64,000 bases of DNA from Bacteroidales bacterium UBA1715 (GCA_002317135.1 DCIX01000016.1:4136-68135); one strand, 5' to 3'. Shown: positions 31,605 through 41,981, counted from the stretch's first letter. The notes: generated by a model not told the origin, from the letters alone. Made by a program: numbers and translations.

Positions 31605-32762
31605 ATGGAATATAAAACATATTCATACCCTGAATTTGGGGTTTATGCAGAAGTTTCAACTTGCAAACCAACAAACGGCATTGCCGAACATTCAATTATG
31701 TTGCATAGCACACGCTATGGCGAATCTTTCAAAGAACAATTAGATGGCATAAACCAAGCCGCGTTGGCTATGGAAGAATCGTTGTGGAACTATCACGCGA
31801 AAGCAGTACTGAAACGCTATTTTCTCAGTGACGCGTCCAATCAAACTGCCACTGTTGAAGAAATGCTTTCGGAATTTTCTCCGTGCGCCGTTTCCATTGT
31901 CCAACAACCGCCATTTGACGGTTCCAAAGTCGCGTTATGGATTTATCTGCAAGAAGGTATTCCCGTACCACAACGAAACGGCAACGGAACTTTTTCATAC
32001 AAAAGAAATGATTTAACTCATTACTGGACTGCCTACCGACATACATCAGGAGGTAATTCCGAGCAACAAACTCGTTCATTATTAGAAGGATACGAAGAAG
32101 ATTTAACTTCACACAAATGTAATATTGTCGACAATTGCGTCCGCACGTGGTTCTTCGTTCGCGATGTTGACACAAACTACGCAGGTGTTGTTCGTGGTCG
32201 TCGTGATAATTTCGATCAAGTCGGTCTAACACAAGACACACACTATATTGCAAGTACAGGAATACAAGGAGCCCACGCCGACGGAACGGTAAAAGTTCTT
32301 CTTGATGCATACGCGGTCAAAGGACTCAAAAAAGGACAAATGTCGTATCTCTACGCTCCTACTCATTTGAACCCAACCTACGAATATGGTGTCACTTTTG
32401 AACGCGGCGTTTGTATGGAATACGGAGACCGCAGACAGTTGTACATTAGCGGCACGGCAAGTATCGACAATAAAGGAAATGTTCTACATGTAGGAGACAT
32501 TGAAAAACAAACATTGCGTATGTGGGAAAATGTTGCTACCTTGCTCGAGGAACGCGAACATACAATGAACGACATTGCTCAAATGATTGTATATCTTCGC
32601 GATGTGGCTGATTATCCTTTAGTAAAGAAAATGTTTGACGAACAATTCCCTCAAACTCCGAAAGTGATTGTACTTGCTCCTGTTTGCCGACCTACATGGC
32701 TAATAGAAATGGAATGCATCAGCATTAAAGAATTTTCAAACCCTGAATATAACGCTTTGTAA
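31605..32762 (+). CDS. Tandem Rid/YjgF-fold protein, chorismatase (FkbO/Hyg5)-like
   Basis: RTWFF, YGVTFERG, LYISGTASID, VCRPTWLIEME. Confidence 0.75.
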   Translation: MEYKTYSYPEFGVYAEVSTCKPTNGIAEHSIMLHSTRYGESFKEQLDGINQAALAMEESLWNYHAKAVLKRYFLSDASNQTATVEEMLSEFSPCAVSIVQQPPFDGSKVALWIYLQEGIPVPQRNGNGTFSYKRNDLTHYWTAYRHTSGGNSEQQTRSLLEGYEEDLTSHKCNIVDNCVRTWFFVRDVDTNYAGVVRGRRDNFDQVGLTQDTHYIASTGIQGAHADGTVKVLLDAYAVKGLKKGQMSYLYAPTHLNPTYEYGVTFERGVCMEYGDRRQLYISGTASIDNKGNVLHVGDIEKQTLRMWENVATLLEEREHTMNDIAQMIVYLRDVADYPLVKKMFDEQFPQTPKVIVLAPVCRPTWLIEMECISIKEFSNPEYNAL

Positions 32763-34829
32763 ATGAAGAAAATAATCGTTTTTCTCTACATATTACTTAC
32801 CATTATTCTTGCCATTGCAACTATTCTTGAAGCACTGTACGGAACAGGATTTATTCAAGAATATTGCTATGGTTCATCTTGCTTTTTCGCACTTTGGTCG
32901 GTTATTGGTATATGGGGATTGCTATATATTTTGCAACGAAAATTATGGGAAAGACCTGCGGCACTACTATTACACACGGCATTTATTGTTATGTTGATTG
33001 GTGCTGGAATAACCTGGATTTGGGGTGAAAAAGGCATCGTCCATATTCGCGAAGGAGAAATACAGGAAACATTTGTGCAAACTTCTGACACAATGGTGCG
33101 CAAACTTCCTTTTCAAATGCAGTTACAGAAATTCGAGACATCCTATTATCCAGGAACACAGACGCCTGCAAACTACATTAGCCACATTTCTATTACAGAA
33201 AACGGCAAAGAAATACAAAAGGCAACCATCTCAATGAACAATATTCTTTCCTACAAAGGATATCGTTTCTATCAGTCGTCATTTGACGATGACAACAAAG
33301 GTACTTGGTTGAGCGTTAACCACGACCCTATCGGCATTGGCGTTACTTACGCCGGCTATTTTCTTATGCTTATATCAATGATTTTCATTCTGTTATCAAA
33401 AAAATGTGGATTCAGAAAATTACTCAAAAATCCATTGTTACAGAAAGGCTTTATATCATTACTTATCGCTTTTTCTCTTACGCCAAATAATCTTTCTGCT
33501 CAAGAAACGGAGAAAACAAAACCAATATGGCCTAAAGAATATGCCGATTCCGCCGCAAGCATACAAGTGCTGTATAACGACAGAATCGCACCATTCAACA
33601 CACTGGCACGCGATTTTACACTAAAATTGTACGGAAAACCATCATACAAAGGTTTAACAGCCGAACAAGTTGTTGGCAGTTGGCTACTTTTTCCCGATGT
33701 GTGGGCAAAAGAACCTATGATTCTCATTAAAAACGATGAAATTAGACAAGAATTAGGACTAACCAACAAATACGCACGCTACATCGATTTCTTTGACGAA
33801 AATGGCATATATAAACTAAAAACATTGTGGGAAAAGTCGCACAATACACACACAAACGAAGCACCTTCGGCATTACAAAAAGCAATATCGCAAGTAGATG
33901 AAAAAGTGGCACTTATAACGATGCTACAACAAGGTGAACTCATTCAAAAATTGCCACCAAACATACAAGCATTACCAGAACAAAAAATCACAGCAGAAAT
34001 TTGGTACAATAAGATTCCGTTTTGCAAAATCCTATTTATGTTCAACCTGACAATAGGAATTGTATCACTCATTACTTTCATTCTGCAATTCATTGGAAAT
34101 CAAAAGATAGAAAATCTGAAAAAGCTATCGTTCGCCTATCATATTTTGCTATTAGTAGCATTTTTGTTCCATACCGTAGGAATCGCTCTTTGTTGGTACA
34201 TTAGTGGACGAATTCCTATTAGCAATGGCTACGAAACAATGATGTTCGTTGCTTGGTGTATTTTATTGGTTTCCTTTATATTACGAAACAAAGTCCGTCT
34301 TTTTGTTCCATTCGGATTTTTACTTTCAGGTTTCACATTGTTAGTTGCATATTTAGGACAAAGCAATCCGCAAATAACCGTTCTCATGCCAGTTTTGCAT
34401 TCACCAATATTAAGCATACATGTATCAATTTTAATGTTCGCATACGCATTATATGGATTTACAACATTGAATGGAATTGCCTGTTTGTGTCTGTTCCGCA
34501 ACAAAGAGAAGTATGAACAACATATTCAAAAAATAACAATAGTAAGCAAACTAATTCTCTATCCTGCAACATTTTGCATGGGCATTGGAATCTTTATTGG
34601 AGCAATTTGGGCAAACATTTCGTGGGGAACATATTGGTCGTGGGACCCAAAAGAAACCTGGGCACTAATCACATTTTTAGTGTATGGTGCGGCATTTCAC
34701 ACTGAATCAGTAGGAAAATTCAATAAACCACAGTTTTTCCATATCTATATTGTGCTTGCATTTGCAACCGTTTTAATGACATATTTCGGAGTAAACGAAC
34801 TACTTGGAGGAATGCATTCGTATAAATAA
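32763..34829 (+). CDS. ccsA: Cytochrome c biogenesis protein CcsBA fusion (system II)
   Basis: ResB-like N-half (LLHTAF, GYRFYQSS); WWD domain GAIWANISWGTYWSWDPKETWALI; terminal GMHSY. Confidence 0.92.
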   Translation: MKKIIVFLYILLTIILAIATILEALYGTGFIQEYCYGSSCFFALWSVIGIWGLLYILQRKLWERPAALLLHTAFIVMLIGAGITWIWGEKGIVHIREGEIQETFVQTSDTMVRKLPFQMQLQKFETSYYPGTQTPANYISHISITENGKEIQKATISMNNILSYKGYRFYQSSFDDDNKGTWLSVNHDPIGIGVTYAGYFLMLISMIFILLSKKCGFRKLLKNPLLQKGFISLLIAFSLTPNNLSAQETEKTKPIWPKEYADSAASIQVLYNDRIAPFNTLARDFTLKLYGKPSYKGLTAEQVVGSWLLFPDVWAKEPMILIKNDEIRQELGLTNKYARYIDFFDENGIYKLKTLWEKSHNTHTNEAPSALQKAISQVDEKVALITMLQQGELIQKLPPNIQALPEQKITAEIWYNKIPFCKILFMFNLTIGIVSLITFILQFIGNQKIENLKKLSFAYHILLLVAFLFHTVGIALCWYISGRIPISNGYETMMFVAWCILLVSFILRNKVRLFVPFGFLLSGFTLLVAYLGQSNPQITVLMPVLHSPILSIHVSILMFAYALYGFTTLNGIACLCLFRNKEKYEQHIQKITIVSKLILYPATFCMGIGIFIGAIWANISWGTYWSWDPKETWALITFLVYGAAFHTESVGKFNKPQFFHIYIVLAFATVLMTYFGVNELLGGMHSYK

Positions 34830-34922
34830 CGAAGATTTCTGATTTTTTCTTGCAAAAACCGTTGTTTGTCTATTTTTTCTCATATTTTTTATGTTTTTTT
34901 GCAAAAAAATTAATCACAAAGT

Positions 34923-36161
34923 ATGAAAACCTCGAATGATGATGTAATCCTTTTAAGTATTTCTGGAAAGGACAAGTCCGGTGTGACTGCCGCCCTCACA
35001 ACAATACTTTCTCAATACAATGCCGACATTCTCGACATTGGTCAGGCTGTTATCCACGATACACTTTCGTTGGGTATTTTATTCCGTTTACCAAAAACAG
35101 GAAAAAGCGGTCCTGTTTTGAAAGAATTACTTTTCAAAGCATACGAGTTCGACATCAGTGCGCGCTTCACTCCTATTGACAACGCAACCTACGAAGAATG
35201 GGTGGAAAACCAAGGAAAAAAACGATACATTCTTACTATCTTCGGTCGTCACATCGAAGCACGCTATTTGTCGGAAATCACAACAGTGTTGTACGAACAA
35301 CACCTAAACATCGATAACATTACTCGCTTGAGTGGTCGTGTTTCATTCAAACAAGAACAAGAATCAAAAAACCGTGCCTGCGTTGAACTTTCGGTTCGTG
35401 GTACTCCTACTGACGAAAAGAAAATGAAGGCTGCATTTATGGAAATATCAAAACGAATTGGTTTTGACCTTGCATTCCAAGAAGACAACGCCTTCCGTAG
35501 AAATAGACGATTAATCTGCTTCGATATGGATTCTACGCTAATCCAAACAGAAGTGATTGTCGAATTGGCTAAATACGCAAATGTCGAAAAAGAAGTTTCC
35601 GAAATCACCGAATCGGCTATGCGTGGTGAAATCGATTTCAAAGAAAGTTTCCGCCGTCGCATCAAGTTGTTGAAAGGTATTGACGAAAGCGTTCTCGAAG
35701 ACATTGCTCGAAAACTGCCAATGACAGAAGGCGCCGACCGCCTAATCCGTACATTAAAACGATTCGGTTACAAAGTTGCCATTCTTTCGGGTGGATTCAC
35801 ATTCTTTGGCCGTTACCTACAAACAAAACTTGGCATCGACTATGTGTTCGCCAACGAACTTGAAATTAAGGACGGGAAACTAACCGGAAACTATGTTGGT
35901 GATATTGTTGACGGACAAATGAAAGCTGAATTGCTTAAGAAGATTGCTTTCAAGGAAGATATTCATTTAGAACAAGTTATAGCCGTTGGCGATGGAGCGA
36001 ACGATCTTCCTATGATTAACATTGCCGGTCTAGGTATCGCATTCCATGCAAAACCAAAAGTACAAGAACGAGCAGATAATAAAATCTGTACCATCGGCCT
36101 TGACGCTGTATTGTATATGCTTGGCTTTAGAGACCGCGAAGTTGACGAAGATAATAACTAA
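34923..36161 (+). CDS. serB: Phosphoserine phosphatase with ACT domains
   Basis: FDMDSTL, SGGF, GDGANDL; N-terminal ACT domains. Confidence 0.95.
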   Translation: MKTSNDDVILLSISGKDKSGVTAALTTILSQYNADILDIGQAVIHDTLSLGILFRLPKTGKSGPVLKELLFKAYEFDISARFTPIDNATYEEWVENQGKKRYILTIFGRHIEARYLSEITTVLYEQHLNIDNITRLSGRVSFKQEQESKNRACVELSVRGTPTDEKKMKAAFMEISKRIGFDLAFQEDNAFRRNRRLICFDMDSTLIQTEVIVELAKYANVEKEVSEITESAMRGEIDFKESFRRRIKLLKGIDESVLEDIARKLPMTEGADRLIRTLKRFGYKVAILSGGFTFFGRYLQTKLGIDYVFANELEIKDGKLTGNYVGDIVDGQMKAELLKKIAFKEDIHLEQVIAVGDGANDLPMINIAGLGIAFHAKPKVQERADNKICTIGLDAVLYMLGFRDREVDEDNN

Positions 36162-36175
36162 CAATAACGATTCTT

Positions 36176-36209
36176 AAAAAAGGCTGTTCTAAATTGAACA
36201 GCCTTTTTT
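36176..36209 (+). terminator. Intrinsic terminator after serB
   Basis: AAAAAAGGCTGTTC-taaatt-GAACAGCCTTTTTT. Confidence 0.85.
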
Positions 36210-36255
36210 GTACAATTCCAAAAATAAATCGTATATTTCGGTACTTAAATTACAG

Positions 36256-37149
36256 ATGAAAAAATTCATATATTTCATACTATACTGCTCTCTTTCTCTC
36301 ATCTTCTCCGCCTGTAATTCCAGCGAAGAAGAAACAACGACTACCGAAGATACTGTCGATATTGAAATACCAAGCAAAAGTCTTGTAGGTATGATAAACG
36401 GAACCATCTATTGCATTCCTTCTCCATACGAGATAATGAACCACATAAACAGCCTTAACCTACAATACGACAGATCATTACCAAATTCAGTATTAAGTTA
36501 TAACACATACGAATCTTCGTTCAAAAAACTGCTCAACATGGGCGTATACGGCATAGACATTTCGTATATGGCAATGTACAACCAAACCTCCGATGCACTC
36601 AATTATTTTGCAACCTTAAAATCACTTGCAAACCAAATTGAATTAGCTGAGATTTTTGACGCAGAAACTATGGAACGACTCGAAAACAATATGGGCGAAC
36701 AAGATTCTCTCATACGAATTTTAACAAGCAAATTCCAAGAATCCGACCAATATCTAAAAAACGAAAAGCAAAAAGCAGAAGCCTCGCTTATTCTGACAGG
36801 ATGCTGGATAGAAAGCCTCTATCTGCTTACAAGAATCCAGAAAATCGCACCAAACAATGCTACTGTCGAGAAAATCGCAGAACATAAACTTGCTGCCGAA
36901 GCCATACTAAATATACTTCGACCATACGCAGAAAAGTCAAACGACTACGCAAAACTTATACAGTCTATCGTTGATCTTTGCTATGAATTCGACGGCATCG
37001 ACTACAAATACACATATAAAGCACCAACAACCTACGAGAAAAAACATCTTACAGTCATAAATAGCGAAACAGAACTCATTATCCATACCGAGCATATCAA
37101 TCTCATTTCCGATAAGATTGAAAAACTCAGAAATTATGTTGTACAATGA
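36256..37149 (+). CDS. Uncharacterised helical lipoprotein
   Basis: Lipobox FSAC; IPSPYE, LNMGVYGIDISY, GCWIESLY. Confidence 0.8.
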   Translation: MKKFIYFILYCSLSLIFSACNSSEEETTTTEDTVDIEIPSKSLVGMINGTIYCIPSPYEIMNHINSLNLQYDRSLPNSVLSYNTYESSFKKLLNMGVYGIDISYMAMYNQTSDALNYFATLKSLANQIELAEIFDAETMERLENNMGEQDSLIRILTSKFQESDQYLKNEKQKAEASLILTGCWIESLYLLTRIQKIAPNNATVEKIAEHKLAAEAILNILRPYAEKSNDYAKLIQSIVDLCYEFDGIDYKYTYKAPTTYEKKHLTVINSETELIIHTEHINLISDKIEKLRNYVVQ

Positions 37150-37544
37150 AAATCTCATTTCCAATTTGTATATTATTTTCACTATTTCTGTCTTTGGAAA
37201 CAATGGCACAAACGCCGTGTGCGACTCTATTAACAGAAGAGTATATTTCTGACGGTCAGCACTATACCGCAACAATGCTTTCGGGCGAAACGAAAAATTG
37301 CGAAATAACACTTATCGCAGGAAACGAGTATCGAATAATCGTTTGTCCAAAAAATGCCGAAAAAATCAGAATGCAACTTGTTGACCAACAAAACAATGTA
37401 ATTTTCGACAACAAAAAACACGCATACACGAACTATTGGAACTTTACTATACCACACACTTTTTCTTGCACAATAAAACTCACATTAGACGACAAAAACA
37501 TTCAATCTGACGATGTTGTTTTATTGGTAGGTTTCAAAAAATAA
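37146..37544 (+). CDS. Small secreted beta-rich protein (PPC-like fold, tentative)
   Basis: Signal peptide, YISDGQ.Y, GNEYRIIVC, terminal LLVGFK; overlaps upstream gene. Confidence 0.75.
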   Translation: MKISFPICILFSLFLSLETMAQTPCATLLTEEYISDGQHYTATMLSGETKNCEITLIAGNEYRIIVCPKNAEKIRMQLVDQQNNVIFDNKKHAYTNYWNFTIPHTFSCTIKLTLDDKNIQSDDVVLLVGFKK

Positions 37545-37571
37545 GTACTTTTGTAAAAATATATTTACACA

Positions 37572-40500
37572 ATGAGCGAACGAATAATATTAGCACTTTT
37601 AAAACTTTTCGCCGTATTCGCAAAATCAGACGGCAACAAAAACGACAAAATTAAAATCGTTGAACTTTTCCTTGCAAATCAGTTAAATAAAGAACTTGCA
37701 AAAAAATATCTACCTGACTTCGAACAAGAATACGACGAAGTTATGGCGGATATCAATCGTATTACAGAAAAAGCAAGTGCAAAAGGTGCTGTCGATTCTG
37801 AAAAATTAAAATTCAAAATCGAAGCTAAACTTTCTGCCCGTATCCACAAAATCGGAAACAGCATCAACCAGGAGTTGACACAACGTCAAAAACTGTACAT
37901 CGTTATCAGTTTGTTGGAATTCGTTTCTACCGACAACGAAATCTCTGATTCCGAAAAAGAATTCTTGAACGCTCTTGTTGACGACTTGAACATCGACAAC
38001 GAAGAATACAAACAATTATGTGAATTTATTCTTCACGATTTCGAGGAAATTCCTGACTCAGAAAACTTGTTGATTATCAACAACAAACAAGAAACTGGCG
38101 AGGAGTTGGCAAAACACATCTACTCTCCTCATCTTGCAGGAACAATCAAAGTTTTCTACCTTCGTGCATCTAACTTATTGATTTTCCGTTCATTCCAAGT
38201 TGGTGAAATTTCATTAAACAGCCAACCTGTTTACGAAGACAAGGTGACTATCCTCAACATTGGTACGGCAATCAGAAGTAAACAAATCACTCCGATTTAC
38301 TATAGTCAAATTTTGAACACATTCAACGCCGGCAGTTCAAACGAAGGTGTTGTATTCAAAGTTGATGAAATCACCTACAAATTCAAAGGTGGAAATATCG
38401 GTCTTCACGAATTTTCTATCGAAGAACCTTCTGGCAGTTTGGTCGGAATTATGGGTGCGTCGGGTGCCGGTAAATCTACATTGTTGAACGTATTGAATGG
38501 TAACTACACTCCTTCTACTGGTAAAGTTACTATCAACAATATTGACCTTCACCACGATACAGAAGGAAAATTGAATGGTCTTATCGGTTTCGTGCCACAA
38601 GATGACCTTTTGATTAAGGAATTGACTGTGTACGAAAACTTGTTCTATAGTGCAAAATTATGCTTCGACAACTTAACTGACGAAGAAATTGCTGAACGCG
38701 CCGATAGAGTTCTCCAAAGTTTAGGTTTGTACGAACGTAAGAACAATGTTGTTGGTGACGAATTGCGTAAGGAAATCTCTGGTGGTCAACGTAAACGTTT
38801 GAACATCGCATTGGAGTTAATCCGCGAACCAGCAATTTTGTTCCTTGATGAACCAACTTCTGGTCTTTCTTCTAAAGACTCCGAAAACATTATGGACCTT
38901 TTGAAGGAACTTGCGTTGAAAGGCAAATTGGTTTTTGTCGTTATTCACCAACCTTCATCTGATATTTTCAAAACATTCGATCGTTTGGTAATTTTGGATA
39001 CTGGTGGTTACCAAATCTACTACGGTGCTCCAGTAGATTCTATTATGTACTTCAAAGAATGTACACACCAAGCCGACTCAAACATTAGCGAATGTCCTAC
39101 TTGCGGTAACGTAAACCCAGAACAAATATTCAACATAACCGAAGCGAAAGTCTTGAACGAAGACGGTACGCCTATGTTGAATGAAAAACGTCAGGAAATA
39201 CGAAAACTTGCTCCTACCGACTGGTTCGAAATGTACCAGCAAAAAAAGAAAACAGGAGAAGCTAAACCTATACCTGAAAAATTACCGGAAATCACATTCA
39301 AAATTCCTAACTGGTTCCGCCAATTACGCGTATTTATAAAACGTGACCTTTTGTCAAAAGTTTCGAATATGCAATATATGCTTATCAACACATTGGAAGC
39401 ACCTATCATTGCAATATTCCTTGCCTTCATTATTAAATATTGGGAAGTTGACGAAAGTGGAAGCGTTGGTTATACGCTAATGAACAACGTGAACATTCCT
39501 GTTTACATTTTCATGTTGGTAATCTGCGGTTTCTTCGTCGGACTTTCTGCAAGTGCCGAGGAAATCTTCCGTGACCAAAAAATCCGTAGCCGTGAATCAT
39601 TCCTACATTTAAGTTGGTCTAGTTACCTTATCTCTAAGATTATCATATTGTTAGGTATTTCCGCAATTCAATCGTTCTTGTTTGTTTTGTTCGGCAACTG
39701 GATTTTGGAAATCCACGGATTATTCTTCAAATACTGGTTTATGGCATTCAGCGTATGGAGTTTTGCCAACCTAACTGGTTTGATTATTTCCGACTCTTTC
39801 AACGATATCAAGACTATCTACATTTTGATTCCATTCTTGGTTATCCCACAAATCATTTTGAGTGGTATTATCGTTAGTTTCGACAAATTGAACCCAACAA
39901 TCTCTAACCCACAAGATATTCCATTCTACGGTGAAGTTATCGCTTCTCGTTGGGCATACGAAGGTCTTGCAGTTGAACAATATGCGCACAACGACTACGA
40001 AGCTCCTTTCTTCCAACTAGATATGAAGATTAGCGAATGTAGTTACCGCAAAGGTGGCTGGTCAAATCAATTAATGAACAAATTGAACGAAAGTCTTCGT
40101 TTAATTGACGACAACAATACAAAAGATGAACAATTCACAAAGAATAACGTATTGATTGCCAACGAAATCGAAAAAGAACTAAAACGCACAAGCGACGTTG
40201 TTACTATCAGCGATAAAGTTCTTGACGAACTTCGCAAGACAAACACATCAAAAGATGCTTTAGAAGCTGCCAAAGACTATCTTTCTAAGGTTAAGAGATT
40301 CTATATTGCTCAATCAAAAATCTATAGCAAGAAAAGAGATGAACTTACAAAGAGACTTAAAATCGAATACGGAACTGAAGCATGCGAAGAATTGAATATT
40401 CCTGAAATTGAACGTACAGAACATCTAAAAGACAGTTTAGGAAACGCTACACTTCTTGAAATGAAGAAACGTTACTACAACGAAAGTTTGGAAGATTTCT

Positions 40501-40775
40501 GTAGAAACCAAAACGATTTGACTGTTCTTATTGAATACAAAGGAAACTTCGTTCAAAAGACAGACCCTGTGTTCATTACACCAACATCACAATTCCTTCG
40601 TGCTCACTTCTATGCACCAACAAAACCTGTATTTGGAACACAATTCCCTACATATTGGGTAAATGTAATTATCATCTGGATTATGTCTATTCTATGCTAC
40701 GTAGCATTATATCTACGATTGTTACGTAGAGGTATAGAAGCTTTAGGTAACATTAACTTCTCATTCAAGAAATAA
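37572..40775 (+). CDS. Fused ABCG-type transporter with N-terminal TerB-like and FHA-like regions
   Basis: GASGAGKS, VPQDD, ISGGQRKR, LFLDEPTSGL, IHQPS, then ABC-2 TM domain; TDNEISDSEKEFL..L...LNI TerB-like motif. Confidence 0.85.
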   Translation: MSERIILALLKLFAVFAKSDGNKNDKIKIVELFLANQLNKELAKKYLPDFEQEYDEVMADINRITEKASAKGAVDSEKLKFKIEAKLSARIHKIGNSINQELTQRQKLYIVISLLEFVSTDNEISDSEKEFLNALVDDLNIDNEEYKQLCEFILHDFEEIPDSENLLIINNKQETGEELAKHIYSPHLAGTIKVFYLRASNLLIFRSFQVGEISLNSQPVYEDKVTILNIGTAIRSKQITPIYYSQILNTFNAGSSNEGVVFKVDEITYKFKGGNIGLHEFSIEEPSGSLVGIMGASGAGKSTLLNVLNGNYTPSTGKVTINNIDLHHDTEGKLNGLIGFVPQDDLLIKELTVYENLFYSAKLCFDNLTDEEIAERADRVLQSLGLYERKNNVVGDELRKEISGGQRKRLNIALELIREPAILFLDEPTSGLSSKDSENIMDLLKELALKGKLVFVVIHQPSSDIFKTFDRLVILDTGGYQIYYGAPVDSIMYFKECTHQADSNISECPTCGNVNPEQIFNITEAKVLNEDGTPMLNEKRQEIRKLAPTDWFEMYQQKKKTGEAKPIPEKLPEITFKIPNWFRQLRVFIKRDLLSKVSNMQYMLINTLEAPIIAIFLAFIIKYWEVDESGSVGYTLMNNVNIPVYIFMLVICGFFVGLSASAEEIFRDQKIRSRESFLHLSWSSYLISKIIILLGISAIQSFLFVLFGNWILEIHGLFFKYWFMAFSVWSFANLTGLIISDSFNDIKTIYILIPFLVIPQIILSGIIVSFDKLNPTISNPQDIPFYGEVIASRWAYEGLAVEQYAHNDYEAPFFQLDMKISECSYRKGGWSNQLMNKLNESLRLIDDNNTKDEQFTKNNVLIANEIEKELKRTSDVVTISDKVLDELRKTNTSKDALEAAKDYLSKVKRFYIAQSKIYSKKRDELTKRLKIEYGTEACEELNIPEIERTEHLKDSLGNATLLEMKKRYYNESLEDFCRNQNDLTVLIEYKGNFVQKTDPVFITPTSQFLRAHFYAPTKPVFGTQFPTYWVNVIIIWIMSILCYVALYLRLLRRGIEALGNINFSFKK

Positions 40776-41167
40776 TGACTACAACAAGACAAAATAAAGT
40801 TGCCCGACTTCTCCAAAAAGAGTTGGGCGACATTTTTCAAAAAGAAGCTATGAACATGTTCCGAGGTGCCCTCATCTCGGTTACCATTGTACGCGTTGCT
40901 CCTGATTTATCGTTCGCAAAAGTGTACCTCAGCATATTCGCTCCTTCTAAAGACGAAAAAGAGTTGTACCAAGCCGTACAAGACAAGGCAAAAACCATTC
41001 GCCAAATGCTAGCTCAAAAGGCTGCAAAACAACTACGCATTGTTCCAGAATTAGCATTCTTCGTTGACGATTCTATTGAATATCAAGAAAATATAGAACG
41101 ACTACTTAACTCAAGCAACGAACAAGAGAAAGAAAAAACACAGCAAGCAAAAGACACAAAGAAATGA
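40775..41167 (+). CDS. rbfA: Ribosome-binding factor A
   Basis: RQNKVA..LQKEL, V.V.PDLSFAKVYLS, LRIVPEL.FFVDDS. Confidence 0.95.
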   Translation: MTTTRQNKVARLLQKELGDIFQKEAMNMFRGALISVTIVRVAPDLSFAKVYLSIFAPSKDEKELYQAVQDKAKTIRQMLAQKAAKQLRIVPELAFFVDDSIEYQENIERLLNSSNEQEKEKTQQAKDTKK

Positions 41168-41976
41168 ACTACGATCCAATTAAATTTTCACTTGGCACCG
41201 TTTTTAACAAAACCCCGTTTCTACGAAAAGTTTTCTATCTGTTATTAGATATTCTTCTTCTTCGTGCGTGGCATATAAAAAAGGCTGTCGCCAATTGGAA
41301 AAAACAACAAAACAAACCTACTTATATACTTGACGCAGGTTGTGGATTTGGTCAGTATTCATATTATTTAGCACGACAAAATGCAGCATGGAATGTTTTG
41401 GGAATCGATGTAAAACAAGAACAAGTTGCCGATTGCAACTCATTCGCAAAACAAATTGGTTTTGAAAATCGTTTGTCGTTTGCAGAAGGTGATTTAACCA
41501 CATTCGTAACAGAAAAACCTGCCGATATGATTCTTTCGGTTGACGTTATGGAGCATATTCTCGACGATGTGCAAGTGTTCAAAAACTTCGCTGCGTCACT
41601 CAAACAAAATGGATTGTTACTCATCTCTACTCCATCGAATCTTGGCGGATCGGACGTTCACGAAGAAGATGGAGAATCGTTTATAGGCGAACATGTACGT
41701 GACGGCTATAGTATAGAAGATATTACTGCGAAGCTACAAATGGCTGGTTTTACTAATATTGAAGCAGCATATTCGTATGGTACTGCTGGACATATTTCTT
41801 GGATTTTATCTATGAAATTGCCAATTAGCGTACTTAACATTTCGAAGTTATTCTTCATTTTGTTGCCTTTCTACTACCTTGCAATATTCTGGTTCTGCCT
41901 TATTCTCAATGCAATAGATGTTCTTTTCGAACAAAAACAAGGTAGCGGTCTTATTGTAAAAGCATACAAAGCATAA
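41164..41976 (+). CDS. Class I SAM-dependent methyltransferase
   Basis: ILDAGCGFG, VMEHI.DD, G.LLISTP. Confidence 0.88.
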   Translation: MNYDPIKFSLGTVFNKTPFLRKVFYLLLDILLLRAWHIKKAVANWKKQQNKPTYILDAGCGFGQYSYYLARQNAAWNVLGIDVKQEQVADCNSFAKQIGFENRLSFAEGDLTTFVTEKPADMILSVDVMEHILDDVQVFKNFAASLKQNGLLLISTPSNLGGSDVHEEDGESFIGEHVRDGYSIEDITAKLQMAGFTNIEAAYSYGTAGHISWILSMKLPISVLNISKLFFILLPFYYLAIFWFCLILNAIDVLFEQKQGSGLIVKAYKA

Positions 41977-41981
41977 GAACT

